Assembly: GCA_051294905.1 (NCBI GenBank) | Contig: CM119372.1 | Span: 2,792,001 to 2,856,000, forward strand | Direction of reading: 5' to 3' | From: Botryllus schlosseri | Taxonomy: Eukaryota | DNA: 64,000 nucleotides | Shown here: positions 25,401 through 36,110 of the stretch, in pieces | Numbering within the stretch: the stretch's first letter is position 1 | Layout: each line of letters starts with the position of its first letter | Program-made: the position numbers and the translations under genes | The notes under the pieces: model-generated | The model's input: only the letters and a program-made list of their open reading frames with translations | The model's database searches: none | Told to the model about the DNA's origin: nothing

Positions 25401-28400
25401 TACCGTGATTGATACTAACAAGTAATGCTAACTGGTTTGCTGATCTCACAAGATATATCATAAAGTGCATGAAAAGACTCACAAACATTTACGGCAGGGG
25501 TCGGCAACCTTTTTTTAGTCACGAGCCAAATTTCGAGTGTTCAAGTTTTTGGCGGGCCGGAATTTTTCCTAATACTATATTTTACGCTCACGTCGGTATA
25601 TTATCCTATATTGCTGCAATCTCAATCATACCAATCACAAAACGCGTATTTACACTTCAACAACGCAGAATAAATGTAACAATTGACGCAGCTTGCTCAG
25701 TGAAAGGTTTGATGAAGCAAGTCCGGAATACGTGATCTTAGCTTGGTTCTTCGTGAATTTCATTGTTAAAAACTATTGTTCCCATGCGTAGCCTACGTGC
25801 TACCAAAAATTGATGCAATTTCTTCTGCATTGTTGGTCATGCTGCGATAAACACTAATTTCAAGAACGTACTCTTTGTCAAAGTCATGCAGCGATATGCT
25901 CTTTGTACGAAATTTGTCATTCAATTAAACTGCATCGCATTTCAAAAAGGCCCATTTGAAATTTTCAGGCAATGTTATTGGCGTCCACATTAAACGGCCT
26001 ACTGAATAGTCAGAATTTATTTTGTAGAGAAGGAATCTCGGAAAAGCGGGTGAATATTCAGTAATTAGATTTCATATCACAATTACAAATGTAGTGTTGG
26101 TACTCGGTTTTCTCTCCTCCAGTACAGGAAAGTGAGCATAAATTTCTTTGTACTGTTGACATTCTTAGAGTCGTAGATTTGTTTCGAATGCGCCGCAACA
26201 TCTCATGTATTCAGTTGCCCCCCCCCCCCGAAGTTGCAAATTCAATTTCTTCAGATGTGTCGTTAAATGTACCAGGAAAGCACGATTAGCTACCCATTTT
26301 CGATTATGACATTATGAGTCGGCGATATTTGCATTTTCGAGGAAAGTTGCTATTTCATTTCAGTTCATACAGTCGTGCAAGCATAGCTGCTCGACTTAAT
26401 GCGCGAGCACGGCAGATATACAGGACATCGCCTTATTGATTCTCTGCTTCTAGTAATATCTGGCGTAACTGTTGGTGATTCAGCTTGTGATACAAAATCA
26501 TATTAACAGTTTTCATCATTGTGGCCGAAACATCTATTCAGGTTTGTTGTCTTGGCGCACAATGCATTCTGGTGAATTGAACTATAGATAACTAACCTAT
26601 ACAGAGGCTATTTATCTATTATTAAACACTAAACAGTGTAAGTTTGAGATTTTGTCATTGCGTCTGAGATGTTCCCAGTGTTTTTAAAGCAGAGAAAGGA
26701 CACCTTTATTGTCACACCCCATCAGAATGGTAAGCCCTTCAATAAGTATGGTAGTTTACACCTTCGGTTGCGAGATACACCCGATTGATAAGCACTGATC
26801 TAGTCTACTCTACAGACAATCTCCATCTCCTACTTTAACCGCCTTCGTTTTATGGCGTAGCAATAGACTAATATACGATGTAGGATACTTATATATATTG
26901 TAGCAATGCCACATTCTTTCCAAACATTGCTGTACTGCGGATTGAAACTCATGAAACGGCGGGCCGTATCGTTGTGATATGACTGATTACTAATTATTAT
27001 GTCGCGGGCCGGACGATTTCGCTTGGCGGGCCGGATCCGGCCCGCGGGCCGTAGGTTGCCGACCCTTGATTTACGGAATACTTCCAGGACATGTTAGCAC
27101 TGCTGTACATTCACGAAAGAAGGGTTATCTATCTCTGATCTTCTTGTATTCCCCACAAGGTCACAATGGATTTTTCGCATGACTGTTCATATGGGTATAT
27201 ACTTTACAAGTTCACTTGGAAACGCCATACCCGTTGCACTTGACGTAAATTTAAAAGTCAATTGCTAATAAGCAATCATTTATATTTTCAATTTTGTGTA
27301 ATTGGGAGCAGATACGAACGTTACGTCAGATGACTACAGGCGTAATTGCCTGCCTTTTAACCAAGTTCATATGTAACAACTTCATTATGTTTCGTCACAA
27401 CAACAATACTACAGTAATTCCTTACCACAAGTCTGACATGAAGCAGGATCTCGTGTAGGGATCTGATGCCTCTTCAATCTCCATCCCTACCATCGGATAC
27501 CACCCGCTGGTTGCGAAACTTTCGATCCAAATGAAGCACATCAATGCCTGTGCTCGATGCGACACCAAGATGACAAATCTAGTTATTGGTAAGGTAGCCG
27601 TGAACTTACTGCGACATGCTTCGAATTGATTCGACGCAATCTCTTCGGTTTATTCAGAACGAGGACTCTATATATCACAGTAGCGAGAATATGGTGAACC
27701 GTTGCGATCGTAGTCCAATGATCAATCATAACAGCAAGCTGAAAATAAAAGCAATGATTCCGATTGCCAGGTTTCCAACAAACCCTATTACACATGCTCT
27801 TAAATTGACATAAATCAAATACCTAGATAGTATTACAGACGTATTTTATTTACTCTAATAATGAGAATGCAAAGCTCAGTCGTGGTGTAGACTATATAGC
27901 AGGGGTGGGCAAACTTTTGAGCTCGCGGACCGCATTCAATATCTGAATCCATTCGCGGGCCGCACTATATAAAATTGGGATTATGAACCAAAACGCAATA
28001 TTGGAATTTGATTATATAGCGAATTTACCGTGGAAAAGGAAACTGATGCTGCCCTTCCCTTTTTAGACGTGTTAGTAGAGAGATCAGGACAAATGTTTTT
28101 AACGTCGGTGTACAGAAAACCTACTTTCACTGGTCATTATATTCGTTGGGATTCATTTTGCCCGAAGCGGCGTAAATTAAACCTCATTTCATCGCTCGTT
28201 AATCGCGCCTTGCGCCTCTGTTCACCAGAAAAACTGTCACGCGAACTGGATGATATCCACTTGATTCTCTCCAAAAATGGCTATCCGGACCACATATTGA
28301 AATGCTCCATCTCTAGGGTATTGAAAAAATCGGATACAGCTCCAAAATATGGACCAGAAAAATGCCCGGCATTTTTGCACCTACCTTGGCTAGGTAACGT

Positions 28401-31400
28401 GTCTAGCCGTTTTGAAAAGCTTATTAAATCGGCTGTTCACCGTTGCTATTACAGCGTTAACACGCATGTAGTGTACACGACGAAACCCTTGTTACCCAAC
28501 TCTCGAAAAGATGTACTTCCTGCCTTTGATGCAAGTAATGTTGTTTACCAATACAAGTGCCACTGTGATAGTAGGTATGTAGGACGTACATCTCAAAGAT
28601 TGTTTGAGCGTATCAAGCAGCATATCCCAAAATTGATTCGGTCAAAAACTTGCGCAAATGATCGCACGGAGCTCGCACGTCAGTGCAAATTGGCTGCAAA
28701 AACAGACTGCTATGATGATTACCAAGCATATGCTTCGTCAATTGGTCAGCATCTGAGTGGAAACCTTGCCTGTGCACAGCACTATGATGACAATATGTTC
28801 ACTGTCATTGCGCGTGGTAGGTCTGTGTTTCATTTAAAAGTGTTGGAGTCTACTATTATTCAGTTGAGCAAACCTATTTTATGCAGACAAAAAGATTTCC
28901 TCTATAACCTACAAATTTCTCATTAGTGCGTGTTGTTCCGTGCGTGTAATTGTTTATTTACAAATTGTGCTGCTACTATAGTACCGTATGTCCGTATACT
29001 TCATAGTTTAACGCGAAACAATAACTTCATATTGTTAATTTATTCGCTAAAAGCTTTTCGACTAACTCTCGTCAGTAGCGAACGTTAGTGATGGGGTGAA
29101 TCAAATTCGAAATGTAAGAACTATTTTGTCTGTATGACGTAATAATAACAAAAACAAACAACTAGTAGACGGGCTAGATACGGTAGTAACGGTACAAAAC
29201 AAACGTTACGAGTACATATTCGGTTATAAATAACCGAAAACACAACACATAACATTAATGAAATATTCCAAGAGTGTAGAGGCGTTCCTTCTTCATAGTT
29301 TCAACTTCATAGTTTGTTATTGTTGCCATTGGTACAATGCGAATTTCATGGTTTGTGATTTTGATTGTTGCGTCATACTTTGCCTTTTTGGTTTTGCTTT
29401 TAAATCTGTTTAAATCCCTTTAGTGTGCCGATAACTCTTGAAAAGAGGCCCCGAAAAGTCTTCGAGTTAATAAATATTATTCTACAATGGATATTGTATT
29501 GAAAGCGAAGACATGTAGATAATATATAGGCTTATTTAAAACAAACCAAACATTGCTTTGATGATATCGTACACGCGTCAGAAACAGTGGCGAGATTTCT
29601 TAGGCTGGTCGACTTCAATTACCAATTTGTCAAAACTATAGTGATGAAAGTCGGTTGTCCCGATTCTTGGAACAGGATTGAAATTTAAATCTGTGAGCAC
29701 CGATCTGTTCATAGATTTACTAATCCTACTTTTGGTTCAGTTCCAGGACACACAATGCTGACAGCATCATAACGATGTTAGCTTCAAACCATACGCTTCT
29801 ACTATGTGTAATAGATAAAATATAAAAAAATCTACCTAAGACACGCGCGAATCGTTTTTTGTAAGCACATCACTGAAATAATTAAAACTGGGGTGGCCAA
29901 TCTGAAATCATACTCGTTATCCGAATTATGTCAATCTCGTTCATGATTTCTGTGATGTTTAGCAGTTGAAACCTTTGAAACTGCGTGGGCCTTGAGATCG
30001 GGCTGTCGCGCCAGAAATGAAACATAAAAAATAGTATAGGAAGTATTTAACCTAGAACAGTTGTTCTCAAACTTTTTAAGACACGCTACCCCCCTCTTAT
30101 GATGGTGAAGCATTTCGCGCCCCCTTATGGTCATATCACAAAACGCAACCAGGATGCTACCAAACCTAACGGATAGTTTGATGGCATGAACGGTTACGGC
30201 TGTGGATGAGAGAGATTTTCAAATATGAGATTCAGACTAAACACGGATCAATAATTTTGAACCGGATGTAAATCGCGCGGAGCGCGAAAAAAATTTTCAG
30301 TTGAGCTCAGCTTCGCGCCCCCTTCAGATGCTTTCACGCCCCCAAGGGTGCGCGGCCCCCAGTTTCAGAAACACTGCCTTCGAATATTGTTAATAAGTTT
30401 CTTCAGACTGTCGCGGGCCGCACGGAACGGCGTTGCGGACCGCATGCGGCCCGCGGGCCGTAGTTTGCCAACCCCTGCTATATAGCGATCGACCAATGGT
30501 TCTTATAGCCGGAATGTTAGCTCCCCAAGGCTCCCTAACATGCTTCACAACTAAATATATGGTTCCGGCGTACACATCACACTCCCGTGTACTCACATGG
30601 AAAATGCATACCATCATTTCACGTTATTGTTTATTCATTGATATGAATTAGGTTTCTTTTATCAATGACTGCTCATATGCGAACTTTGATTCTCTGCAAT
30701 TGTTGCTAACCGAGCGATAGATTGAAAGAGAAATATGGTATTGTTGTATAAAATATACCCCGAATGAAATATTTATAGTTGCAAAAAAACAGTATACTGT
30801 CATAATTATTATAGCGAAGTTGTACATGTGATCAATATATTTACACTGGACACATTATCTTTTACTCTTAATTAAAGTCACGGACTTGAAACCAGTACTC
30901 TAAATTGAAGAAGGTTCAGCATCGAAAAGCCTATAAGAACAGCCACTCTTAGCATTACGTAACATCGCATTGTACTTCACTAAATGCGTTTGCCTGACAA
31001 CTTATGCAAAGGTTGGAGTTTAGTTACGTCATAGTGTCCTACAATGGTGTGGACACAAAGCAAATCTCACGGCTCACAGCCTACGTCGCACTTTCAATTT
31101 GGACGAAGGCAATTTTACGGTAATTTTTGACCGGCTTTTTGAGCGCGCAAAGTTATAAAATTGGTATCAATCGACAGCTACAGTGGTAGGGATTGCGATA
31201 ATATAAATTTTGTTCTGCTCGTGGTCCTGGAACCCCCCGAAATCAGCCTCGAGTGTTGCATTGTAACGGCGTTTGGTATCGTGACGCAACAGTGCTGTCT
31301 AGAATAATATGACGCCGCACAGGGGCAAATGCGCACGAGAGTGAGCGTGTGAATGCTCGATCGCTTGCGCAACAAGGGCCAATACGCTTGAGGTCGGCGC

Positions 31401-34400
31401 GGCTCCTCAACTTCACGCGGGCGGTATTCTTGCGTCACGATACCAAATTCTGTAACAATGCACCATTTGAGGCTGATTTTGGTGGGTTCCAGTCCCACAA
31501 GTGGAATAAAATTTAAATTCTCGCAATCAGTACCGCAGTAGCTTTCGATTGATACCAATTTTATCAATTTTCACTCTCGGCAAGCCGGTCAAAAATTACC
31601 GTCAAATTGCTCTTAGCCAATTCGAAAGTGTGACATAGACTAATCTCAGTGAGCCGTGAGATTTGCTTGTGTCCACACCATCTTTAGGACACTGTAGTTG
31701 CTTGAGCCATACTATCCAGGAGTGCCTATAGCGCCCGCCACGAAACCGATGGTCGAAGGTACTATTTTTACAAGCAAGCCGGTGGACACTCAAACCATGA
31801 ATTACCGACAGCAAAGTCTAATGCTCAACGAGATGTCCGTTCAATTGATCCATAGTTGTTGCGCAAGAATTGATGAATTGTCATAAACTTCCATGGATAA
31901 GACGTATTAGCATTTAGTTGTAGGCTAATAAAATTCCAATTTGTACATCCGTCTAGGGCGCGCCGCACAAAGATTTTAACGCATTCGAACAAGTATTGAC
32001 CTGAAGAGCGTATCCAAATATCATTGGATTACGACAGCATCAACGTGCGAATTATTACCGAGGAAATTCTAAACATTTATCGGCTGATGCAACACAAATC
32101 CGATCCAGTATGTCATAAAATAAGATAAGAAGACTAATTTTATGTCAGTACAAACCATATCGTATGATGATGTACCTTGCACGTCCACTCGGGAAGATTG
32201 TAATCTCGCGGTATTAAGCCAGACTTGTAATACATAATTGGACTGGCGACGGCTGACAAGAAATCGGACACGCAGAGACTCATCAGAATGATGTTGAAAG
32301 GATTTCTGAAACAATTCTATCGATTTAAGGTAATATATATTACAGTGTGGAAGAGGGTTCGTCAAATTGAAAGTTTTTCGACCGAACCAAAGAAGATAGG
32401 CGATGACGCGGCGAAAGTTACACTTCGAAATCCCTACTTCTATTTATAAATGAGCAGACATTGACGGCGATTGCTTTGACTTGAGGAGCCTATACTAAAA
32501 GTGATTACTTTGGACACCTCTAGTTGCGGTACATATCGTCTTATAGGGCACATATTACATACATATTAATACCCAAGGATGTGTATTATAATGCCTGATG
32601 TTGTGAACTCTGTGAAATCTGACATCAACTAGTAAAACATTGGACTGAGATACATAATATAGTTTTGATTCTCAGTTCTGACCAACTTCTATGTGTCGGA
32701 GATTTATCCAGGCTCGTCGTCGCCGACTTCACTGCAACTGCAGTGCATTGAAAAGCACAGACGTAAAGTGAGCCGAGCTGCAAGTCGGCAGCAACGACCG
32801 CGATCGAGACGTAGATAGGGGTGACAGCAACTGAAGAATGACTGCGAGAGAAATTGAATGACGTCCACGAGAATACAAAAAGCAAAGAGCGATGAACATT
32901 ACGAAGTTTTGTGTCGTGGAGCACAAGGCCTAAAAAGACGATAAGCACCACTGTGTTGTGACCATTACCACATACATACATACATACATACATACATACA
33001 TACATACATACATACATACATACATAGGCCTACATACATACATACATACATACATACATACATACATACATACATACATACATACATACATACATACATA
33101 CGTACATTTATACATACATACATACATACATATATACTCACTCTCTCAGAGTCTTGTTTCTTGTGATGACCACGAATACGATAGCATTGGCAATGGTGCC
33201 AATTAATGCCGCAATGACCACAAATACCCAAAGCAACGTATTTTGCTCTTCTGTCGCGAACATGTACGGAGCCCTGATCACAAAACGAGAGATACGCAGA
33301 TAGACTCAATGTGATATGAATTATTTTCTACGACCATTGTCACAATATGGAGGAATGATTTGATAATAATCAATGCACTCAATTCCAATTGGTGGATATA
33401 CTCATTCGAATTGTCGAATACTTTCCAGACCCGCACCAGATTTATGTTCGCAGTCGCAATCTGTTGGAACTGATCTATGCATATTGCATAACCATTCGTA
33501 TGACTGACACTGCCATACAATGCATAATGTGCATATGCACAGTGCACACCCAGCTACATTTCACAGAGAAATGGCATAACATCGGCAATCGCGTGAATAC
33601 ATTTGGTGACTGGGGACAGACAAAATAGAGCAGCTGAGTGATTTGATTCCATAAGCCAGTGGTTCTCAACCGGGGGTCCGCGAAGCCTCAAAATAGTTAA
33701 TAACTAAATTTGTATTTTTTCAATTAGGAAAATTACAAGGCAGTTTCGCTTCATTAGTAATGAAACTCCAGAGCTCACATCAACAGAATGGCCCTCCGAA
33801 ATGAAATATCCTACTTAGCAGATTCATTTTATTTGCTAAATTGCCAATAGCCCACTGATACAAACATTTTGTTGTAAAGAGATGTTTTGTTGTGGACTGT
33901 GGATAAAAAGTTGCATGAGTAACTTCGAATTGTTTACAAAAATACGTTTTCTTCTGTGGTATACACAACAATTTTTTTCATAATTACTTCAAAAGCTGTT
34001 AGATGGAAACGACTAGACTTGACGATATATGTTCAATAAAAATATTTGTTTGTCAATTTTGGTGCCATATTTGTTAAGATCATACCCAAATGTGTCGTCG
34101 GAAGCGTTATGCGGTATTAATACTTTCGCCACCACCTTTATTTATGGAAATGGATTTTCGGCACTAGTTCATATCAAATCGAAGGCGCGTATTTTCAAGA
34201 CACGACCACGTATTTCAAGAAATGCAATTGCAGAAGTCAACCTAATTTCTACATGAAATAGTAGGATCTTATTTTCAAGAAACGTCATTTTGTTGCTGTT
34301 TATCACTAAGCCTACAGTTGTCATTTGCAGACAGATGACGATTGCACGATATTTGAGCTAAATTTGAACTAAAACTTCTTGGGGGTCCGTGAAGGTCCGA

Positions 34401-36110
34401 AGCGGGTACGCGAAGACAAAAAGGTTGAGAACCACTGCTATAATCCTTCGAGTATAGTATACGAGTATCACTCATTTTGACGTCACAACAGTACGAAAGA
34501 TGCCACCACCAAGACTTGAATGCCTGTTCTACATGAGATTATGGTATTCTGGTATTTCGTCGACTATACCAATTTCACTGCATTTTGTGACAATGCTGTG
34601 GATTGGGACATCGCAAATATGTTATTTCTATTAAGGTGCTCAATTTAACTTTGTACTACATGTTTCTAATGTTGCGATGAGACCAATCAATGTTTCAAGG
34701 TTCCGCAGTTGGTGAAAGTATCGAATCCTTGATAAATAATCTCTCTCTCTATTAGGGATGCTGTGAACCTCTAAGAGGCTCAGGTTCGTGTGAACGCGAA
34801 CGTGAACCTCATGACGTCACGTGACGTCATATTGCTAATTCCAACCATACATACATGATAACTAGCGACGAGTCGGGCCACATAATGCCACAATATACCG
34901 AAGTACATATTGACGTTTTAAACGTCGCCAAATGCATTAAGTGGCGCAATCAAATGATATAATAATCCCATAAAATCAATACCATCCGTCGCTTTGCCAA
35001 CAATTCCGACGAAGACTTGCAAGAGAATATAAGCTTACGCCCTAGGCCAGACCGGGCAAGGTATTCGGCGTCTGAGTATTGCTACGTTGACATTATGCAG
35101 AGAGTAAAACGGGTTTCTATACTTGATATCGATATGACCCCATTAACAGTTATACAGCAGTAGCCAACACCCCAATCGCACGGATTTGGTTTTTATGATA
35201 CAGTGAAAATATGAAGTCAAGATTGACCCCGTACGCCTGCTAGATTTTTTTTTACATCAGACTACGATATCGATCGCATTGATTGGTTATATAAACATCA
35301 TTCGCTGACTACATGTAGTGTATTTCGCTCTTGATGCTGCGTGATTGCGGGTCAAGCTCACAGCGGAGAGTCACTGCATATTCACAAAAGGAAAGCTGGA
35401 TATTTCGAGCAAACTTTTGTAACAAAGCACGTAAAATTTTTGCGTTTGTCAAGGTGCATGCTCGTTTAGTATTGATTTTTTTTATGCTGCCAGTGCCATG
35501 CATGTAGTGGCCCGCAGTTGAAATGTAATCAATTTCAACCAAAGATGTTTTAATGAAGTGAAAATTGTATTATATGAAAAAGGTTCAGAGCGCAGATCCT
35601 ACCACGGTTCGTTTGTGAAGGTGAGCCTCTAAACTTCCGAGAACACAGAACGCTAACGTGAACCTCTCGTTCACACCATCTCCACTGTCCATGTCTCACT
35701 ACTTCACTCGAATCATTTGAATTAATACTCGATTCGGATACAACGGAGATTCACTGCAGAACCCCTTTTCAAGTGTTGGAGGTTGATCTATGCTCCTCCT
35801 CGCCAACTAATACACATAAGGGTTGTTTTACAAACGCCTAGAATGGGCTGCGCTATACAAGTCAGCAGAAACGGAATCCTGATAAAGAATATCCGTATGG
35901 TGTAAATTACCATTGCAGTCGAAAAACACCATGAATACCACAAACAAAAACAAGATCCGATTCCTCGGATCACTCTGTCCATCCATATTGGTGGCCTATA
36001 ATGTCTGGCGTATAGCCGGGCGATTAGCGCTTTTCAAATAAAAATAAACGAACAAACACTCACCATACTGTGGTGTTTCTATACTCCCGAATTATAGCGG
36101 TTGTGTTCAT
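22433..36110 (-). CDS. Orphan rhodopsin-like (class A) 7TM GPCR paralogue 2, 9 coding exons, 348 aa
   Basis: Exons 36110-36064, 33273-33142, 32305-32176, 27738-27610, 27547-27426, 25250-25120, 24764-24672, 23972-23846, 22568-22433. All are GT-AG, 1047 nt including TAG. Internal exon sizes 132/130/129/122/131/93 are identical to paralogue 1. Motifs: MNTT, NPFNIILMSLCVSDF, WTCK, IYRV (DRY position), GSFIVGYSPE, ISESLNPFFY, and a C-tail CCRCC (candidate palmitoylation site). Confidence 0.93.
23101..23457. mobile_element. hAT-type MITE (GTTGCATTTAAAAC family)
   Basis: Inverted ends TA.AGTTGCATTTAAAAC / GTTTTAAATGCAACTCTA. Near-TSD TATAAAAC / CATAAAAC. Related copy at 40586-40956. Confidence 0.7.
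25495..27068 (-). mobile_element. Degenerate hAT (Buster/Charlie/SPIN-like) transposon with transposase remnants
   Basis: TIR CAGGGGTCGGCAACC / GGTTGCCGACCCTTG. Perfect TSD ATTTACGG. Minus-strand broken frames around 26340-26580 read IHQNALCAK...MMKTVNMI..KLNHQQLRQILLEAENQ*GDVLYICRARALSRAAMLARLYEL, similar to the IHQ-ALCAK...LNHRQF...WLSRG region of Buster-type transposases. Confidence 0.85.
28030..28926 (+). CDS. Penelope-like element ORF: C-terminal RT/thumb plus GIY-YIG endonuclease (5'-truncated, 298 aa open)
   Basis: Motifs FTxEKE...LPFLDVLV...TSVYRKPT.TG.Y..W.S and NGYP are typical of the Penelope RT C-terminus. VVYQYKC.C...YVGRTSQRL.ERI.QH...LES..I is the GIY-YIG signature. Confidence 0.92.
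   Translation: MEKETDAALPFLDVLVERSGQMFLTSVYRKPTFTGHYIRWDSFCPKRRKLNLISSLVNRALRLCSPEKLSRELDDIHLILSKNGYPDHILKCSISRVLKKSDTAPKYGPEKCPAFLHLPWLGNVSSRFEKLIKSAVHRCYYSVNTHVVYTTKPLLPNSRKDVLPAFDASNVVYQYKCHCDSRYVGRTSQRLFERIKQHIPKLIRSKTCANDRTELARQCKLAAKTDCYDDYQAYASSIGQHLSGNLACAQHYDDNMFTVIARGRSVFHLKVLESTIIQLSKPILCRQKDFLYNLQISH
29432..29469 (+). ncRNA. Minimal type I hammerhead ribozyme motif with variant U3/A8 core
   Basis: TAACTC-TTGAAAA-GAGGCCCC-GAAA-AGTCTT-C-GAGTTA. Helix I is TAACTC/GAGTTA (6 bp). Core UUGAAAA and GAAA, 1-bp helix II, quasi-palindromic helix III AAG(T)CTT, NUH triplet UUC. Located at the Penelope 3' end. Confidence 0.7.
30058..30377. mobile_element. Nested hAT MITE inside composite copy A
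   Basis: CAGTTGTTCTCAAAC...TTTCAGAAACACTG. Same insertion as 56864-57164. Confidence 0.75.
31032..31694. mobile_element. Long-TIR MITE (Tc1/mariner-like)
   Basis: Imperfect inverted repeats of ~250 bp starting (T/C)AGTGTCCTA.A(.)ATGGTGTGGACAC. The right end is followed by TA; the left flank is mutated. Confidence 0.75.
32969..33131. repeat. (CATA)n microsatellite, ~40 units with interruptions
   Basis: Read directly. It lies about 10 nt from the donor site of GPCR2 exon 2 and produces the spurious MYVC/YIHT ORFs. Confidence 0.97.
33657..34437. mobile_element. hAT MITE (CAGTGGTTCTCAAC family)
   Basis: TIR CAGTGGTTCTCAACC / GGTTGAGAACCACTG. Related inverted copy at ~48973-49956. Confidence 0.75.
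34753..35684. mobile_element. ~1-kb hAT non-autonomous element, TAGGGATGGTGTGAAC family, copy 1
   Basis: GTGAAC-rich ends. Internal sequence aligns with 53745-54757 and, inverted, with 58680-59548. Confidence 0.8.
35770..35950 (+). mobile_element. SINE body fragment
   Basis: AAGTGTTGGAGGTTGATCTATGCTCCTCCTC...AAACACCATGAATACCACAAACA, shared with 42740-42950. Confidence 0.65.

Larger units (their letters stand above)
28024..29503 (+). mobile_element. 5'-truncated Penelope-like retroelement
   Basis: Bounded by the direct repeat AGCGAA (28018-28023 and 29504-29509). The site is empty in copy B. Contains the RT/GIY-YIG ORF, a 3' UTR, a hammerhead motif and AATAAA at 29469-29474. Confidence 0.88.
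27900..30477. mobile_element. Composite hAT non-autonomous element (copy A) hosting a Penelope insertion and a nested MITE
   Basis: TIR CAGGGGTGGGCAAAC / GTTTGCCAACCCCTG. Perfect TSD CTATATAG. Colinear, in inverted orientation, with copy B at 56685-57849 apart from the 1.48-kb insert. Confidence 0.88.

Noticed and set aside
32625..33309. MYVC/YIHT repeat ORFs
   Set aside because: Translations of the (CATA)n microsatellite.
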